Shown: positions 11,159-24,519 of the stretch, piece after piece
How the letters are laid out: each line of letters opens with the position of its first letter
Position numbering within the stretch: the stretch's first letter is position 1
NCBI RefSeq assembly: GCF_032191835.1
Contig: NC_083232.1
Span: 62,062,001 to 62,126,000 of the forward strand
Direction of reading: 5' to 3'
DNA: 64,000 nucleotides
Source: Heteronotia binoei
Lineage: Eukaryota
Made by a program: the position numbers and the translations under genes
The notes under the pieces: generated by a model
What the model was told of the DNA's origin: nothing
Databases searched by the model: none
What the model saw: the letters and a program-made list of their open reading frames with translations, nothing else

Positions 11159-14100
11159 TTAGACTATAGTCCTTCAAATACTTTCCTGGCAGTAAGCCCC
11201 ATTGAATGGAATAAGAGATCTGCTTAGAATTACTCTTTTTTAAAGAGATGGTAGTGGGGACTTGTGGCATTTTTATAGTATCTTTTTATTTACAAATATA
11301 CAAGTAGAACAGGTAGGACTGGAAGCAAGCAAGTCATAGTCAACAAGTCCCAAAGCAGCATTATTTTCCCCAAAGTTGCTTCTTTTTTGCCCTTTCCAAA
11401 TATCAGATCATTTTTCCTTATATTATTTTTCTTCTTCTGATCAAAGGACCTCTTTAAACAAGCTGAACTAGACTGTTAATTATTCAGCATGCATTTGTAG
11501 TTAGTGGGCAATAACCTTCTATGTCATTTTATGACATGCTAACAATATATTTGGTCACTGGCTAACCGTGTCCTGGTAGAAAACCTCCCCTCAACCATTC
11601 TGGCTCACAGGAAGTTATCACTAGATACTTCTTTATTGCTTCCAGGGCTCACTTTGTAGCAGGAGCTCCTTTGCATATTAGGCCACACACCCCTGATGAA
11701 GCCAATCCTCCAACAGCTTACAGGGCTGTTCTTACAGGCTGTTCTGCCAGGGCGGGGGGGTTGGGAAGCCTATTGGAAAGTCAAAGCTGCCTTTTTAGCT
11801 GGAGTTTATGGTTAGTTGGAAATCCAGTTGTTGACATTCAAGAGCCTTTGTCATATGCAAGTCCATTGCCACATGGCAATAAAGAAGTGACATTTCCTGA
11901 GAAGCTCTCTCATGTGACCATTCAATACTATCCCTAAATTATTTAATATGCATTGAATGTAAAATATCTACATTCCTTTCATTTAGACAGGGAAAGGGGA
12001 AAAAATAAAAGCAGAAGCAGCACCGACACTCTCTCTCTCTCTCTGTAGATATATGAAAAACAACAGGAATTTGGCAGCATGTTTATCCCCAGCAAGTAGT
12101 CAGAATCATTGTACAACAAATCAAAAAGTGTGAGGTCTTAGGGCCTTATATTTCTAGAAGCATCACAGCATATTTACATCAGTGATTCCTGGGGCGTTTG
12201 TCTTTATTATTTTTTTTCTGTTTAAATAAAATTTTCCATATGCTGTGCATCTGCCCTCTGCAGACTCCAGCCTGGAGAATAACCATATGGAGACCTGGAA
12301 ATCTCCTTCACAGAAGTGCCAGGAGACATCTTTATGCTCGTTCCAAATGGCAAAAGAATCATTTGTCAGTATTTCTTTCACCTCCCTCTGAAATATTTAA
12401 ATGTAGTGTATTATGTTGTGTAAAACACACATAAAATACCTCTTTTGTTCCAAACTCCAAAGATGTTTCCTATCAATCGAATTCAGATGAACAGTGAATT
12501 TTTCTTTAAGCCTTAGTACGCCTTCTGGTTCCAAAGTTCCTCCTTAACCTCTTTTTGAGCTAACAGCTCACACATTTCTTACAGTGCACTTCTCTCCGTG
12601 CTGAAGCTGTTTAGCTTTAACAATTGCTTGGGGCCATTTTGTTTTATCCATGAAAGGCCAATTCACTTTACCAAGTGGTAATTACTAAATCATAAATGTA
12701 TCACTCTCAGCTTTTCCTATTGAGGGTTCTCTATTCACATTAGGAATCTGCTGTCTTGCTCACTTGCTCCCCATTAGTCTGCCTTTTGTGGCTTCATTTC
12801 CCCTACCTAGCCAGGATCTGTGTATGACAGCCAGACAATTCCACTCTTCTTGCCAGGTGCTGTAGTCTGAGTAGCTGTAGCAGTCCAAGGCCAGACTCGC
12901 TTGTTACATTAAACATATGGCTATGACCAGGAATAGCAGCAGTACAGATTTACTAGTCTGTATGTTGTTCATGACCATCAGCTGAGATCTTCAATAAAGG
13001 CACTGCACTGGGTGCCTCCACCTTGAGAAGTTAGGTGGGTGGCTGCCTCTGTGTCAGACTTGAATCTAACTATTGTACTGCAGACCAACACAGCTACTTT
13101 TGAAACTATCTATGTTGGTAATTGGTCTTTGAAACTTCCTTCTCATAGCTCCTCACCTGGAACCTTGCTGACCTAGCTTTAGGTGCTATAGGAAAAACTT
13201 TGTCATTTAGCCAGGCTATTTCTTAAATTTGGTATTCCACTTTTTTTTTTTAAAGCATGCATACTCACCCTCTGCAATCAAATAGCAGAGGGATATTTCA
13301 GACCCCCTAACCTGATCAGTGAATTTGCTTCAGAGGATTATGGGAAGGAGTCTGAGGAACCATGATCAATAGCTAAGAAGACTAGGGGACTAGGAAAGGC
13401 GCGGCACTGTAGAGACACGTGCTGCGGATGTACCAGTAGCACCAGAGGCTACCCTGCCAGAGCCTGAAAAGGAAACCTCACAACCGGCCTTTCAAGCCCC
13501 TCTCCCCCTCTACAAAAATGGGGGTGGTAGAAGGTCTGGCCTGAGATGGCACAAAGGAGATGGTTCCAGACTGGCTATGCACAGCCTCTCCGTGGTCTAG
13601 AGCAGAATGCTGAGGATAGTGATTAAGAGTGGCAGACTCTAATCTGGAGAACCAAGTTTGATTCCCCACTCCTCCACATGAAGCCCACTGAGTGACCTTG
13701 GTCCAATCATGCCCCACCTACCTCACAAGGTGCCTGTTGTGGGGAAACAAGACGTTTTAAGTTGCTATGAAACTCCTTTAGGGTTTCCAGCTCTCTCCTG
13801 GCCACTGGTGGGGGATGGGAGGGTGGATTGCAATATCCTGGTTGGGAAACTCCTAGAGATTTTGGGATGGAGCCTGGGGAGGGCTGGGACATCAGTAAAG
13901 AACTATACCATAGAGTCCACCCTCCGAAGCATCCATTTTCTCAAGGGGAAACTTCTCTTAGTCTGCAGATTAGCTGTAATTTGGGGGCGGAGGATCTTCA
14001 GGTCCCACCTGGAGTCTGGCATCCCCAGAAGGTAGAGAAAAGTGGGGTACAAAAAACTTATCTTCTTCTCTTCACAGGATTCCAGCCAATGCACAATGCA

Positions 14101-14701
14101 GCCTCAGGAACGTCAATACCTGCCAGCAGTGCAGCTGGGCACAATTACCTCCTAGCCTACTTAAATTGAATCCTGGGAGACAGTCTCGTTTAGGGTTGCC
14201 AGCCCCCAGGTCCCAATGGGGGAATCCCACAGTTTTGGGGGCTCCTCTCTTCCATGGACAAGCTGGCTAGCAAGCAGAGCCCCTCCCTTAAGCAGAGATG
14301 TTGCACGGGGGGATGATCTGGTATTTGGCAAACAATATGGTTTTGAGGGCAAAAAACCCATAGAGTTTGCCCAAATAGCAAAGTGTTCCCACATGACATC
14401 TCTGACATAATGATGTAATATACCCATCCAGAACCAAATCCCCCTGCCAGGTGGGCATCCCTAGCTTTGCTGGATCAACCAGTCCACTAGGTGCAAGCCT
14501 TGTGCACTAGCATTAAGAGTGTGGTATTGCTCTGAGGAAGCCTGAATGACCGAATGCAGAACGGATATAGACCAGTCCTCTTGATAAAGTAGGTTTGCCC
14601 ACCTCCAGGTGGGGCCTGGAGATCTCTTGCTTTTATAACTGATCTCCAGACTACAAAGACCTGTTGCTGTAAAGAAAATGGCTGCTTTGGAGAGTGGACA
14701 T

Positions 14702-15131
14702 CAGAGGTCGTTTTGAAGAAAAATAGGTGGTGGAGCTCATTAGTATAACTCATTAGCATATGCCAAACCCCCCCCCCCCCACTGGTCAAAAGCAACCCAA
14801 TGCAAGAAAGGAGAGGCCCGGGCAATCCAACCAGCCCAAGCAGGCCTCGCTCACTCGCTTGGGGGGTCACCTGGGCTAGCAAGCCACCTGCCATCCAAAA
14901 TCACATAAGTGGGAAAAGGGTAGTGTGGGCTTCTCCAGGGGTTAATGAGGGTTGTTGGGGGTGTGGCAAGGGCCCTGGTGGCTGGCTGACTGCCTGATCT
15001 CCTAATCCAGGGATTGTTAAGCAACTGCACCTACTATTCAATGGAAAAGGGTAGGTGCGGAGGAGGAGGGAGAACCCTCAGAAAGGTTTAGGAGCTGCGA
15101 TCCTATGAGCTCCTGCTAAATCTGAGGCCTG
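14702..15131. mobile_element. hAT-type MITE nested in another repeat
   Basis: CAG...CTG ends, perfect 8-bp TSD GTGGACAT (14694-14701 / 15132-15139). Confidence 0.8.
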
Positions 15132-15479
15132 GTGGACATTATAACATGCTGAAGTCCCTCCTGTCCCCAAACACCACCCTTTTCAGGCACACTCCCCCCC
15201 AAATCTCCAGGAACTTTCCTAGAGCTGACAACTCTAGAAGTAAGTGAACTAGCATCAGATTACCAACCTCCAGGTGAGGCCTGGAATTAGAACTGATCTT
15301 CAGACCACAGAAATCAGTTTCCCTGAAGAAAATGTCAGCTTTGGAGGATTGTATCTATGGCATCATATCCCTGTGGTGGTCCCTCTTTTTCCTAAATCCC
15401 TCAGGCTATGCCTTCAAATCTACAGGGACTTTCCAACCCAAAGTCAGCAATCCTAGTATGTTCATAAATCATCTAGTAC

Positions 15480-18050
15480 CAGACAGTTTATGGTTTTAAA
15501 GTTCTGAAGGACCCCATACAAGTTACTAAAAGGGTTGTAAAAAGGTACATTTCTTCCAATTCAACATGTCTCTAGTCTTACATTGCTAACAGCTTCTTGA
15601 TATCAGATGAATCACTGCCGTGTGTTCTTATAGAGTAGTTACTGCATACCAGAATTATATCTTTGCCTTTTAAATGCTCTTTGCACATGCAGAGTGTTTT
15701 TTCTCATATATTGATAATTTGAACAAAAAGATGCTTTAGGCACAATAAGAGATATCTAATCTCATGAACATTGTTTTAGCTTTCTGGTTACTAATCTAGT
15801 AATGCAAAATTGGTTTGCCAGGTTGTTCTATTGGACCCAAGAACCAGATCTGGGAACCATAAAGTATGCATGATATATAATAATATATAATAATAATAAT
15901 AATAAATTTTATTTATATCCCGCCCTCCCCGCCTAGGCAGGCTCAGGGCGGCTAACAACAAGTTCGATAAAATTATACAATATATAATAAGTTTAAAAAC
16001 AGCATTTAAATTATACAATAATTTAAAACAACAATATCTAAAACCAGTTCCGATTGTCTAAGCCATTCCATAATTTAACAGCAGCGGTGATGTTCCTGAT
16101 GTTATTCTGTCCATTTATATAATGGCAGAGATCACTAGATGGAATCATTTGGTGGGTTGAACAGCCATCTTTGTCAGCGGTCTACAAAGGCCTGCCTGAA
16201 AAGAATGGTCTTACAGGCCCTGCGGAATTGGTCCAGATTCCGCAGAGCCCGCACCTCCTCCGGGAGCTGGTTCCAGAGGCACGGGGCTGTAACAGAGAAG
16301 GCCCGTGCACGGGTGCTCTGTAATTTTGCCTCCTTTGGCCCAGGGATAGTCAGCTTGTTCTTCCCTGCTGACCTCAGTGCTCTTTGGGGCTCATATGGGG
16401 AGAGACGGTCCCTCAGGTAGGCAGGTCCTCGGCCATATAGGGCTTTAAAGGTGATAACCAGCACTTTGTAGTGGACCCAGTATGTAACTGGCAGCCAGTG
16501 CAGTTCACGCAGCCCCGGCTGTATATGCTCCCATTTCGGGAGTCCTAATAACAGCCTGGCCACTGCGTTCTGCACTAGCTGCAGCTTCCGGGTTCGACAC
16601 AAAGGCAGCCCCATGTAGAGGGCATTACAGTAGTCCAATCTTGAGGTGACCGTCGCATGGATCACTGTTGCCAGGTCCCGGCGCTCCAGGAAAGGAGCCA
16701 ACTGCCTTGCCCGCTTCAGGTGGAAAACCCCCGACTTGGCAGTGGCCGCTACCTGGCAGTGGCCGCTACCTCCATTGATAGTGAAGGCTCCAGTAGGACT
16801 CCCAGGCTCTTGACCCGGCCCGCCGCTTTCAGCGGCGCACCGTCAAAAACCGGGAGAGGTATTTCCTTCCCCAGAGCGCCGCAACCCACGCAAAGGACCT
16901 CTGTCTTCGTCGGGTTCAGCTTCAGCCCACTCAGCCTAAGCCAGGTTGCCACGGCCTGCAATGCCCGGTCTAAATTCACTGGGACGCAGTCAGGCTGGCC
17001 ATCCATTAGCAGATAGAGCTGGGTGTCATCCGCATATTGATGACAACCCAGTCCGAAACTCCGGGCAGTCTGGGCAAGGCGGCGCATGTAGATGTTAAAT
17101 AACATCGGAGAGAGAACTGCTCCCTGAGGCACCCCACAATCTAGTGTGCGCCTCTGGGAGAGCTCACCCCCGATTGCCACCCTTTGTCCCCGACCTTTGA
17201 GGAAGGAGGAAAGCCATTGTAAGGCAAGCCCCCTAACCCCTATGTCAGCGAGGTGGCGGGTCAGTAGCTGATGGTCGACCGTGTCGAACGCCGCCGACAG
17301 GTCTAACAACATCAGCACCGCCACGCCACCTCGATCCAGTTGCCACTGGAGGTCATCTGTCTCCACTATCACTAAGGTCTTATATTTTTTTCAAAAGCAC
17401 TGTCACATATTGAGCCTCTTGAACATAAATACCTTCTTTAGGGCTAGTAGAGCTAAATCTATTTTCTGTTTGAAATACTGAATGTGCTTGGACCATGATA
17501 AATCTGGGTGGAATACAATCACCAGATATTTGTTGATGTGTAACTTAAATGCACCAATTTTCCATCTTTTGTTTGATCATCTTGTTGACTTTGTGAACAC
17601 CATAATTTTGGATTTGTCCTCATTTATCTTCAGTAGCTCATTGTTACAATAAGCAATAAATGCTTTAATAGCACCCTTTAGGCTGACCTGAGTTCTAGAG
17701 AGTAGGACAAGAGCCTTGAAGTGCTACATTCAGTTGGCAGGCACACAGTCCAGGATAGGCTGTTTCATGCAAAACTGAACAGCAGGAGTAGATGGAATTA
17801 TTACAAAGCAAAGCCAGAAGCTACAGCTTCCCTGGACAAGGCATACTAATGTAATGTTACACCCAGCTTCGTCCCATTTTGCTAATTTATCAGTGCTTGA
17901 GATTGGTCTATGTACACTCTGATGGGATCATTTACAGTTCTGCCACAATCTTGTTTTTGGTAATATAACATAATACACTGATAGGGATGCCAGGTCCAAT
18001 TCAAGAAATATCTGTGGACTTTGGGGGTGGAGCTAAGTGCAAGGTTGTGA
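15480..18050 (-). pseudogene. Ancient degraded LINE reverse transcriptase (clade uncertain, RTE-X/L2-like), interrupted by a younger L2
   Basis: minus-strand peptides LVLLSRTQVSLKGAIKAFIAYCNNELLKINEDKSKIMVF and, across the L2 insertion, KTLVIS|CILYGSQIW in frame. Confidence 0.65.
15875..17367 (-). mobile_element. 5'-truncated L2-clade LINE (RT fragment + 3' UTR + (TTA)n tail)
   Basis: LLDLSAAFDTVDH, GVPQGAVLSPMLFNIY, YADDTQLY, SRLDYCNALY; 17-bp tandem duplication at 16737-16770 breaks the ORF; CpG-rich. Confidence 0.92.
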
Positions 18051-18059
18051 CAAGCATAA

Positions 18060-18468
18060 CTGAACTCCAAAGGGAGTTCTGGCCATCACATTTAAAGGGA
18101 CCACACACCTTTTAAATGCTTTCTCTCCATTGGAAACAATGGAGGATAGGGGCACCTTCTTTGGGGGCTCATAGAATTGGACTCCCTGGTCCAATCTTTT
18201 TGAAACTTGGAAGGTGTTTTGAGGAGAGGGACCAGATGCTATGCTGAAAATTTGGTGACTCTACCTCACAAAATAGCCCCCCCCCGCAGAGCCCCAGATA
18301 CGCACAGATCAATTCTCCATTATACCCTATGGGAATTGGTCTCCATAGGGAATAATGGTGTTTCCAGCGGACATTCTCCCCTCCCCCACCACTTTCTGAC
18401 CCTGAAGCAGGGGGAGGGCCTTCAAACCGGAGGATCCTCTGCCCCCACCTGGGGATTGGCAACCCTAC
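18060..18468. mobile_element. Non-autonomous repeat ending in TGGCAACCCTA (hAT-like MITE family; related piece at ~2620-2850)
   Basis: shared TTTTTGAAACTT..GAGGAGAGG..GATGCTATGCTGAAAATTTG..TCTACCTC block at 2627-2700 and 18200-18270. Confidence 0.55.
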
Positions 18469-19547
18469 AAACTGATCTCCTGGGATACTGGAAATTCCAG
18501 CCTACTTTGAAATAAGTCGTACTCCCTTCTGCTACTTGTAACTTTGGGTATCTCCCTCTCTGCCATATGAATGTACTTTCTGTATCTGAAGAAGCTGGTG
18601 CTGGCTGACAAAAGCATATTGCAAAAAACATTATGTCTGAAGTTCTTTTTCTGACTCCAGCTGTGAGTCTAGGACTAAAGCTGTGTTACAATCACATTAT
18701 GTAGACTTTAAGGTGCCACAAGACTCTTTATTATTTTGGAATAGTTGTGTTCCCTTTCAGATTTCTGCAGGTTTTTTCTTGATAATAGTAGTGATAACTT
18801 TAATCCACCAAATAAACCAGCACTTTATATATTACAGAAATTAAAGTACTATTCTTTTCTTAAAAGGCCTATCCAGTGCCGTTTTACACATGAATGCCAG
18901 GGCCATGCAATAAGTACAAGCAGGCTTGAGGCTGTAAGTCATGAAAAGTGTATTTCAAAGAAACTCTCATCCAGTTTTTTGAGATTCCTCTTGAAATTTC
19001 CTTGTCTAGTGCCTAATGGAAGTAAATTCAGCAATAGCATTAATCAGAGAGTCGGCTGGGAAAAGAGCAGTGAGAGAAATCAATTTTTGAACCTGAGATG
19101 ACAACATAAATGTTCACATTCTCCCCTTAGTGTCTTTGATTAGGAGAAAATAGTTTGAAACGCAGAAGAACATTACAAACTCAATTTCATCTATTTCAAA
19201 AAGATCACAGTTGAGGTGCAGAAAGTGAGGCAAAGAGCTTCTAATTATGTCAGATTACAGCCTCCAGAATGTTGAACATGACCTCATTTTGTCTGAAGTT
19301 CTTTTTCTGACTCCAGCTGGGAGTCTAGGACTAAAGCTGCGTTTCAATCATATTTGAACTTTGGATTACTAGGGAAGGTGAGAATGGAGGAAAACACATG
19401 GCAATTGTTATTGCAAAGTAAGCCATTTGTATAGGTGGCTCACCACATGATTTGGGCAATTTTCTCAACCTCAGCACAAAACATTCCTTACTGACAGTTG
19501 AAGTTACATGCAGAAAATCATCCAGGCTCCAGGATAAGCTGCTTCAC

Positions 19548-20458
19548 CAGGCCTGTAGCTATGAGGGGGCTGGATGAGGCCCCCTAACTTTGGGCCCCCA
19601 CCAATCCCCAGGGCCTCTGGTCTCCTTCCCGCCACCCTCCCTTCCCTGGTACCCAAATCCTATGTGGGGGTGGGTGGCGGAAGCATCCCCCAGCCAGTTA
19701 AAGCACCCGCTGATCAGCTGATCTACAGGCCCTTTAACTGAAGGCTGGGGCTGCTGCTGATGCCCATCAGCCCGCGCACGCTATTTGAGTGGCAGGGAAG
19801 GGAGGGCAGTCCCTTCCTTCCCTGCCACCAGGCCTGGCCTGTGGAGTTCTGCCGCCAGCGCTGGAGAGGGGAATTGACGTTTTTCCTTGGCTTTAAGGGG
19901 GAGGGGTTTCCCTCTACAGCACTGGCTGAATTCAGCCAGTGCTGGAGAGGGGAATCGCCGTTTTTCCTTGGCTTTAAGGGGGGGGGGTTCCTCCCTCCCT
20001 TTAAAGCCAAGGAAAAATACTTGTCAGTTTCCTTCTGCAGATGGGCCGAGTTCAGCCAGTGCAGGAGAGGGGAATCACCATTTTTCCTTGGCTTTAAGGG
20101 GTGGGGTGGGTTTCCCCCCCTCCCCTTAAAGCCAAGGAAAAATACTTGCCAGTTTCCCTCTGCAGCATGGACCGAGTTCAGCCAGTGCAGGAGTGGGGAA
20201 TTGCCATTTTTCCTTGGCTTTAATGGGTGAGATGGGGTTTCCCCCCTCCTCTTAAAGCCAAGGAAAAATACTTGTCAATTTCTCTCTGCAGCGCCTGCCA
20301 AGTTCAGTCAGTGCTCTAGTAGCTGCTGCTCTCCCTTCCCCATCACCCAAATAATGTAGGGCAGTTTTATTTGAAGGGAGTGGGAGGGAAGGCTATGAGC
20401 TGGGGCCGCTGAAAAATTTATAGGGCCCCCAACCTTCCAAATCCTGGCTAAAGCCCTG
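19548..20458. mobile_element. hAT-type non-autonomous element with an internal tandem palindrome array
   Basis: imperfect TIRs CAGGCCTGTAGC / GCTAAAGCCCTG; degenerate 8-bp TSD TGCTTCAC / TGTTTTAC; short relative at 48410-48594. Confidence 0.7.
19845..20310. repeat. ~125-bp tandem repeat (~3.7 units), each unit an imperfect palindrome
   Basis: TTTTTCCTTGGCTTTAAGGG...CCC(C/T)TTAAAGCCAAGGAAAAA repeated. Confidence 0.9.
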
Positions 20459-22914
20459 TGTTTTACACAGGTGTCTCACAGCACAAAATCAATTGTTGTA
20501 TATAGTAATGAACAGTGGCTTCCATGTGACTAGTCCTTAGTCCAACAATGACAGTCACCAGAGAGGGAGATGCTGATAGTCAGACATGGTGAGTAATATT
20601 TGCAATTATCTATAAAATAGCAGGGCTCAACTTTTAGGAGCCAGTGTAGTCCAACTTGTAAAGCTGGACTTGGGGGCAAAAATCTGACACTCTAGATAGC
20701 TTGCCTCAGCAGTGGAAGGGTTGGGAAAATGTAGGTTGATGATAACGGTGTACATACAAAAAAAATCAGTATTTTTCAGATTTTGGTTTACTGAACCTAG
20801 GAAATATTGGTATTCCTCAATATTCCAGAATCCCCATGTTGGTATGATATTGGGATTCAGGATATATTCAGGACTGCTGATTTTTTTCAGCAAACAGACC
20901 TAGCTGGGACTCTTCTGTCTGGCAATTTAAACTGCCAGCAAGAGAAGTTCACCCCAGAATATCTGTATGGCAGGGAAAGCTGCACACATTGCACACAGAC
21001 CTGGCTGGGAGCCTTCTCCTGCCCAGCAATTTAAACCACTGGCCAGGAGAAGCTGGCCCCAGGATCTGCATGTGGTGGGGAGGTCTTTCCCTGCCACAAG
21101 CAGACTTGGCTTGAGGAGCCCACCAGCTGAGGTAGCATCGAACTCTCAGCTACTACTGCCCCAGATGATTATCTCCTTGCTCCATCTAACCTGAATAAAA
21201 GCCAGGAAAAAAGTCACCTTTAATACGGGGTCAGCTGTTTTGTTAGCCTAATTAGATCCTTTGATCTGTATTCAGCTGAATTATTATCTGAAAAACACCA
21301 ATAAGTTATTTCTTGGGTATTTATTCAGTTTGGTTTATGCCAAACACACTCCACTATGCCCCACTACATCCAGCCAATAATAGGGTCACATTAAGGTCCT
21401 ATACCTCTACTTCAAAACTTGCATTTTTTTCTCCATATTCTGAAAGAAGGACCTTAGGCACTAGACAAAGTACACAGGTTAAATGTAGGTTTATTAATTT
21501 CAATTAAATAAAAGTGCCCAAATAATTAAACTTGCTCCCCCCCCTCTAATTGTACATGTTCACTAATAAGGCTGGATTTACCAGTGTTTGATCAGTCACA
21601 TCCTGGCTCCAAGCTCATAATGACCACAGACCATATGTCGCTTTCCTGGCCTGCACCACATTTATGCAGAGTGATTGATCCCATCCTTCTTGAACAAGGA
21701 TGTGAAGCACAGAGATATTAACTCCCCAATAATAGGTTTGCCAACAATATGGAAACAGGCAACAAAAGTTTTAAAATGAATAACATAATCTGGTAAATAA
21801 CATCCTATTGAACTGTTCAACGGACAGGACATGCCTCAAAGTGCTTATTCATCTAACAAATAATAAGCATGTAACCTATCCAAATCCTGCACATCCCTGT
21901 TACCACTTCACTAGCCCCTCAGTTTCAGGCCTATTTATATCACCCAACCTTTCAACAGCAAATGGGAAGCAAGTGAAAAGAGATCCTGTGAAGGAACAGA
22001 CTCACAAGCCCTTCCCTATTTCTTTTGATTGAATCCCGAGAAGACTGAAAGACCCTTATGGCCACAACAAGTTGTTGATTTGTACCCTTTCCCTTCACTC
22101 TCCAAAGGTGCCAGTTACAAACTGAGTAACCATCAGCTACACTAATGACTCTTAGGAATATTTTCTGCCTGATTAAATCATACCTCTAACACTCTCTACC
22201 TGTGTTACTGCTTAGATGCATTTGCCTTGTAGATGCATTTCCCACAGCCCCCCTTTTATAGTCAATCATCTACTGCAGCTTCACATTTTAGTGTTATTGT
22301 GACCCAGGGATGATTAGATTCTCTGCAGCTGATCCCCAGTTAACACACTTCAGATAGCTAGACCAAATGGCTGTGGTGAGTTTCTAAAGATCAGACTTAG
22401 TCACAGAGTTCAAACAAAAAAAGAAGTTTACTAAATGATTGTGTCTTTTGGAAATTGAATTGTCTTAGTTTGATGTCATTGATGTTTGGTTACAGGATGG
22501 CTCTTGGATGAAGCTCATTTGTGAAACATGGGATACAAAGTTGACGAACACATAAAGGGAACACAGTACCTTTGGAGCCTTTGGTTTTGGGAGATTGGAT
22601 CAACCACAGCTTTTGAAATTGACTGCGTTTGAATTTCCAGATGAAGCTTTTTTGAAAGGACTCTTAGCATTCTCCTTGGAACCTCTCTTGAAATTCATTG
22701 TGGGATCCATCCCCTCATAAAAACTTCCTGTATATTTGTGGTATCTTTATAAATAATTTGGACACTGTACTTACTTATTTATTGTTTATTTATTTTTGTG
22801 TACACAGTGGTTTTGCTTTGGCTCAGCTATCATTCTGCAGCAGAGCTCCTGTCCATAGACAGAGAGAGCAGTCCCAATAATTGAAATATTAGGATCAATT
22901 TTGCTTTGTCATTT

Positions 22915-24493
22915 AAGAACATAAGAACTTAAGAGAAGCCATGTTGGATCATGTTGGATCAGGCCAACGGCCCATCCAGTCCAACACTCTGTTTTACACA
23001 GTGGCAAAAAAATTTATATATACACACACACTGTGGCTAATAGCCACTGATGGACCTCTGCTCCATATTTTTATCTAAACCCCTCTTGAAGGTGGCTATA
23101 CTTGTGGCCGCCACCACCTCCTGTGGCAGTGAATTCCACATGTTAATCACCCTTTGGGTGAAGAAGGTCCGGCCCCTTCCCAGCCGAGCCGGCTTGCCGG
23201 CGCTTAGGCTGGGGGCCGTCTTTGCCTCCCGGGTGTTTGTCTTGGGTGCGGGGTCCGCCTCCTCAGCACGCAGTTCCTTTTGGCTCTCTGCCCACCCACC
23301 CTTCCCTTTTGGCAGTACAGGCGTATGCCGGTCGCCTTATTAGGGGCCAGGTAGGAATTTTTTCACTTCCACACAATTGGCGCATGTGGGGGTGTTTTTT
23401 GCCTACCTTGTACTGCCTAGTAGGTTAGGATTTGTTAGGGGTATTTGTTATGGTCGCAGGCTGGAGGAGGTTTGGCCACAGGGTTTTCCAGGGGAGCACC
23501 TATGGCCTAGCACCGTTGGTGCGGTGGTCTGCAGGAACCGTAGATGGGCTACACGGCTCAGTGCGGGGAATGCAGATCACAGGGAGCCTCACCTGGGTGG
23601 ATCTTTCCATGGGGATTGATGCCAGCCCAGATGGTGATGGCTGGAGGCCTGGCCGCTCAGCTAAAACCCGAATACGGCGGGCTTGTGCTGGGGGCAGGGT
23701 GGCTTGCCCTTTGGACAAGGCGGGGTCCGGGGTTGACCCCAGGGCTTGTCTGGTTCAGGTTCTTTCACCCCCTGCCAGTTACAGTTGTTAATTATTAATA
23801 AAGCGGCCCGGTTTAAAACCCAACACTTGTGTCTGCCTCTTCATTCCGACTGGGGGGGCAAGTACTTCCCTCTATCCGTTTTAACCTGTCTGCGCAGCAA
23901 TTTCATCGAATGCCCACGAGTTCTTGTATTGTGAGAAAGGGAGAAAAGTACTTCTTTCTCTACTTTCTCCATCCCATGCATTATCTTGTAAACCTCTATC
24001 ATGTCACCCCACAGTCGATGTTTCTCCAAGCTAAAGAGTCCCAAGCGTTTCAACCTTTCTTCATAGGGAAAGTGCTCCAGCCCTTTAATCATTCTAGTTG
24101 CCCTTCTCTGGACTTTCTCCAATGCTATAATATCCTTTTTGAGGTGCGGCGACCAGAATTGCACACAGTACTCCAAATGAGACCGCACCATCGATTTATA
24201 CAGGGGCATTATGATACTGGCTGATTTGTTTTCAATTCCCTTCCTAATAATTCCCAGCATGGCGTTGGGAATTATTTTTTTTTTTATTGCAAACGCACAC
24301 TGTCTTGACATTTTCAGTGAGTTATCTACCACGACCCCAAGATCTCTCTCTTGGTCAGTCTCTGCCAGTTCACACCCCACCAACTTGTATTTGTAGCTGG
24401 GATTCTTGGCCCCAATGTGCATTACTTTGCACTTGGCCACATTGAACCACATCTGCCATGTTGACGCCCACTCACCCAGCCTCAACAGATCCC
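22915..24493 (-). mobile_element. 5'-truncated CR1 LINE interrupted by a 693-bp insertion
   Basis: AAGAACATAAGAAC tail; ORF 23841..24485 WQMWFNVAKCKVMH..ERDLGV..RSHLEYCVQFWSP. Confidence 0.92.
23167..23859 (+). mobile_element. ORF-less 693-bp insertion with a YR-element-like 3' terminus
   Basis: interrupts CR1 GGGTGAAG(AAG)TACTTCC; ends AATAAAGCGGCCC..CCAACACTTGTGTCTGCCTCTTCATTCC..GGGGGGC; CpG-rich. Confidence 0.7.
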
Positions 24494-24519
24494 TTAAGCA
24501 TGTTTAAGCATTTGAAGCA

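Noticed and set aside
13330-13600. Pro/Glu-rich stretch resembling the LTR ORF at 36782
   Set aside because: No TG..CA ends or TSD found and similarity is compositional only.
19723-20230. Repetitive ORFs (PLKPRKN / FFLGFKG repeats)
   Set aside because: Translation artefacts of the palindromic tandem array; open on both strands.
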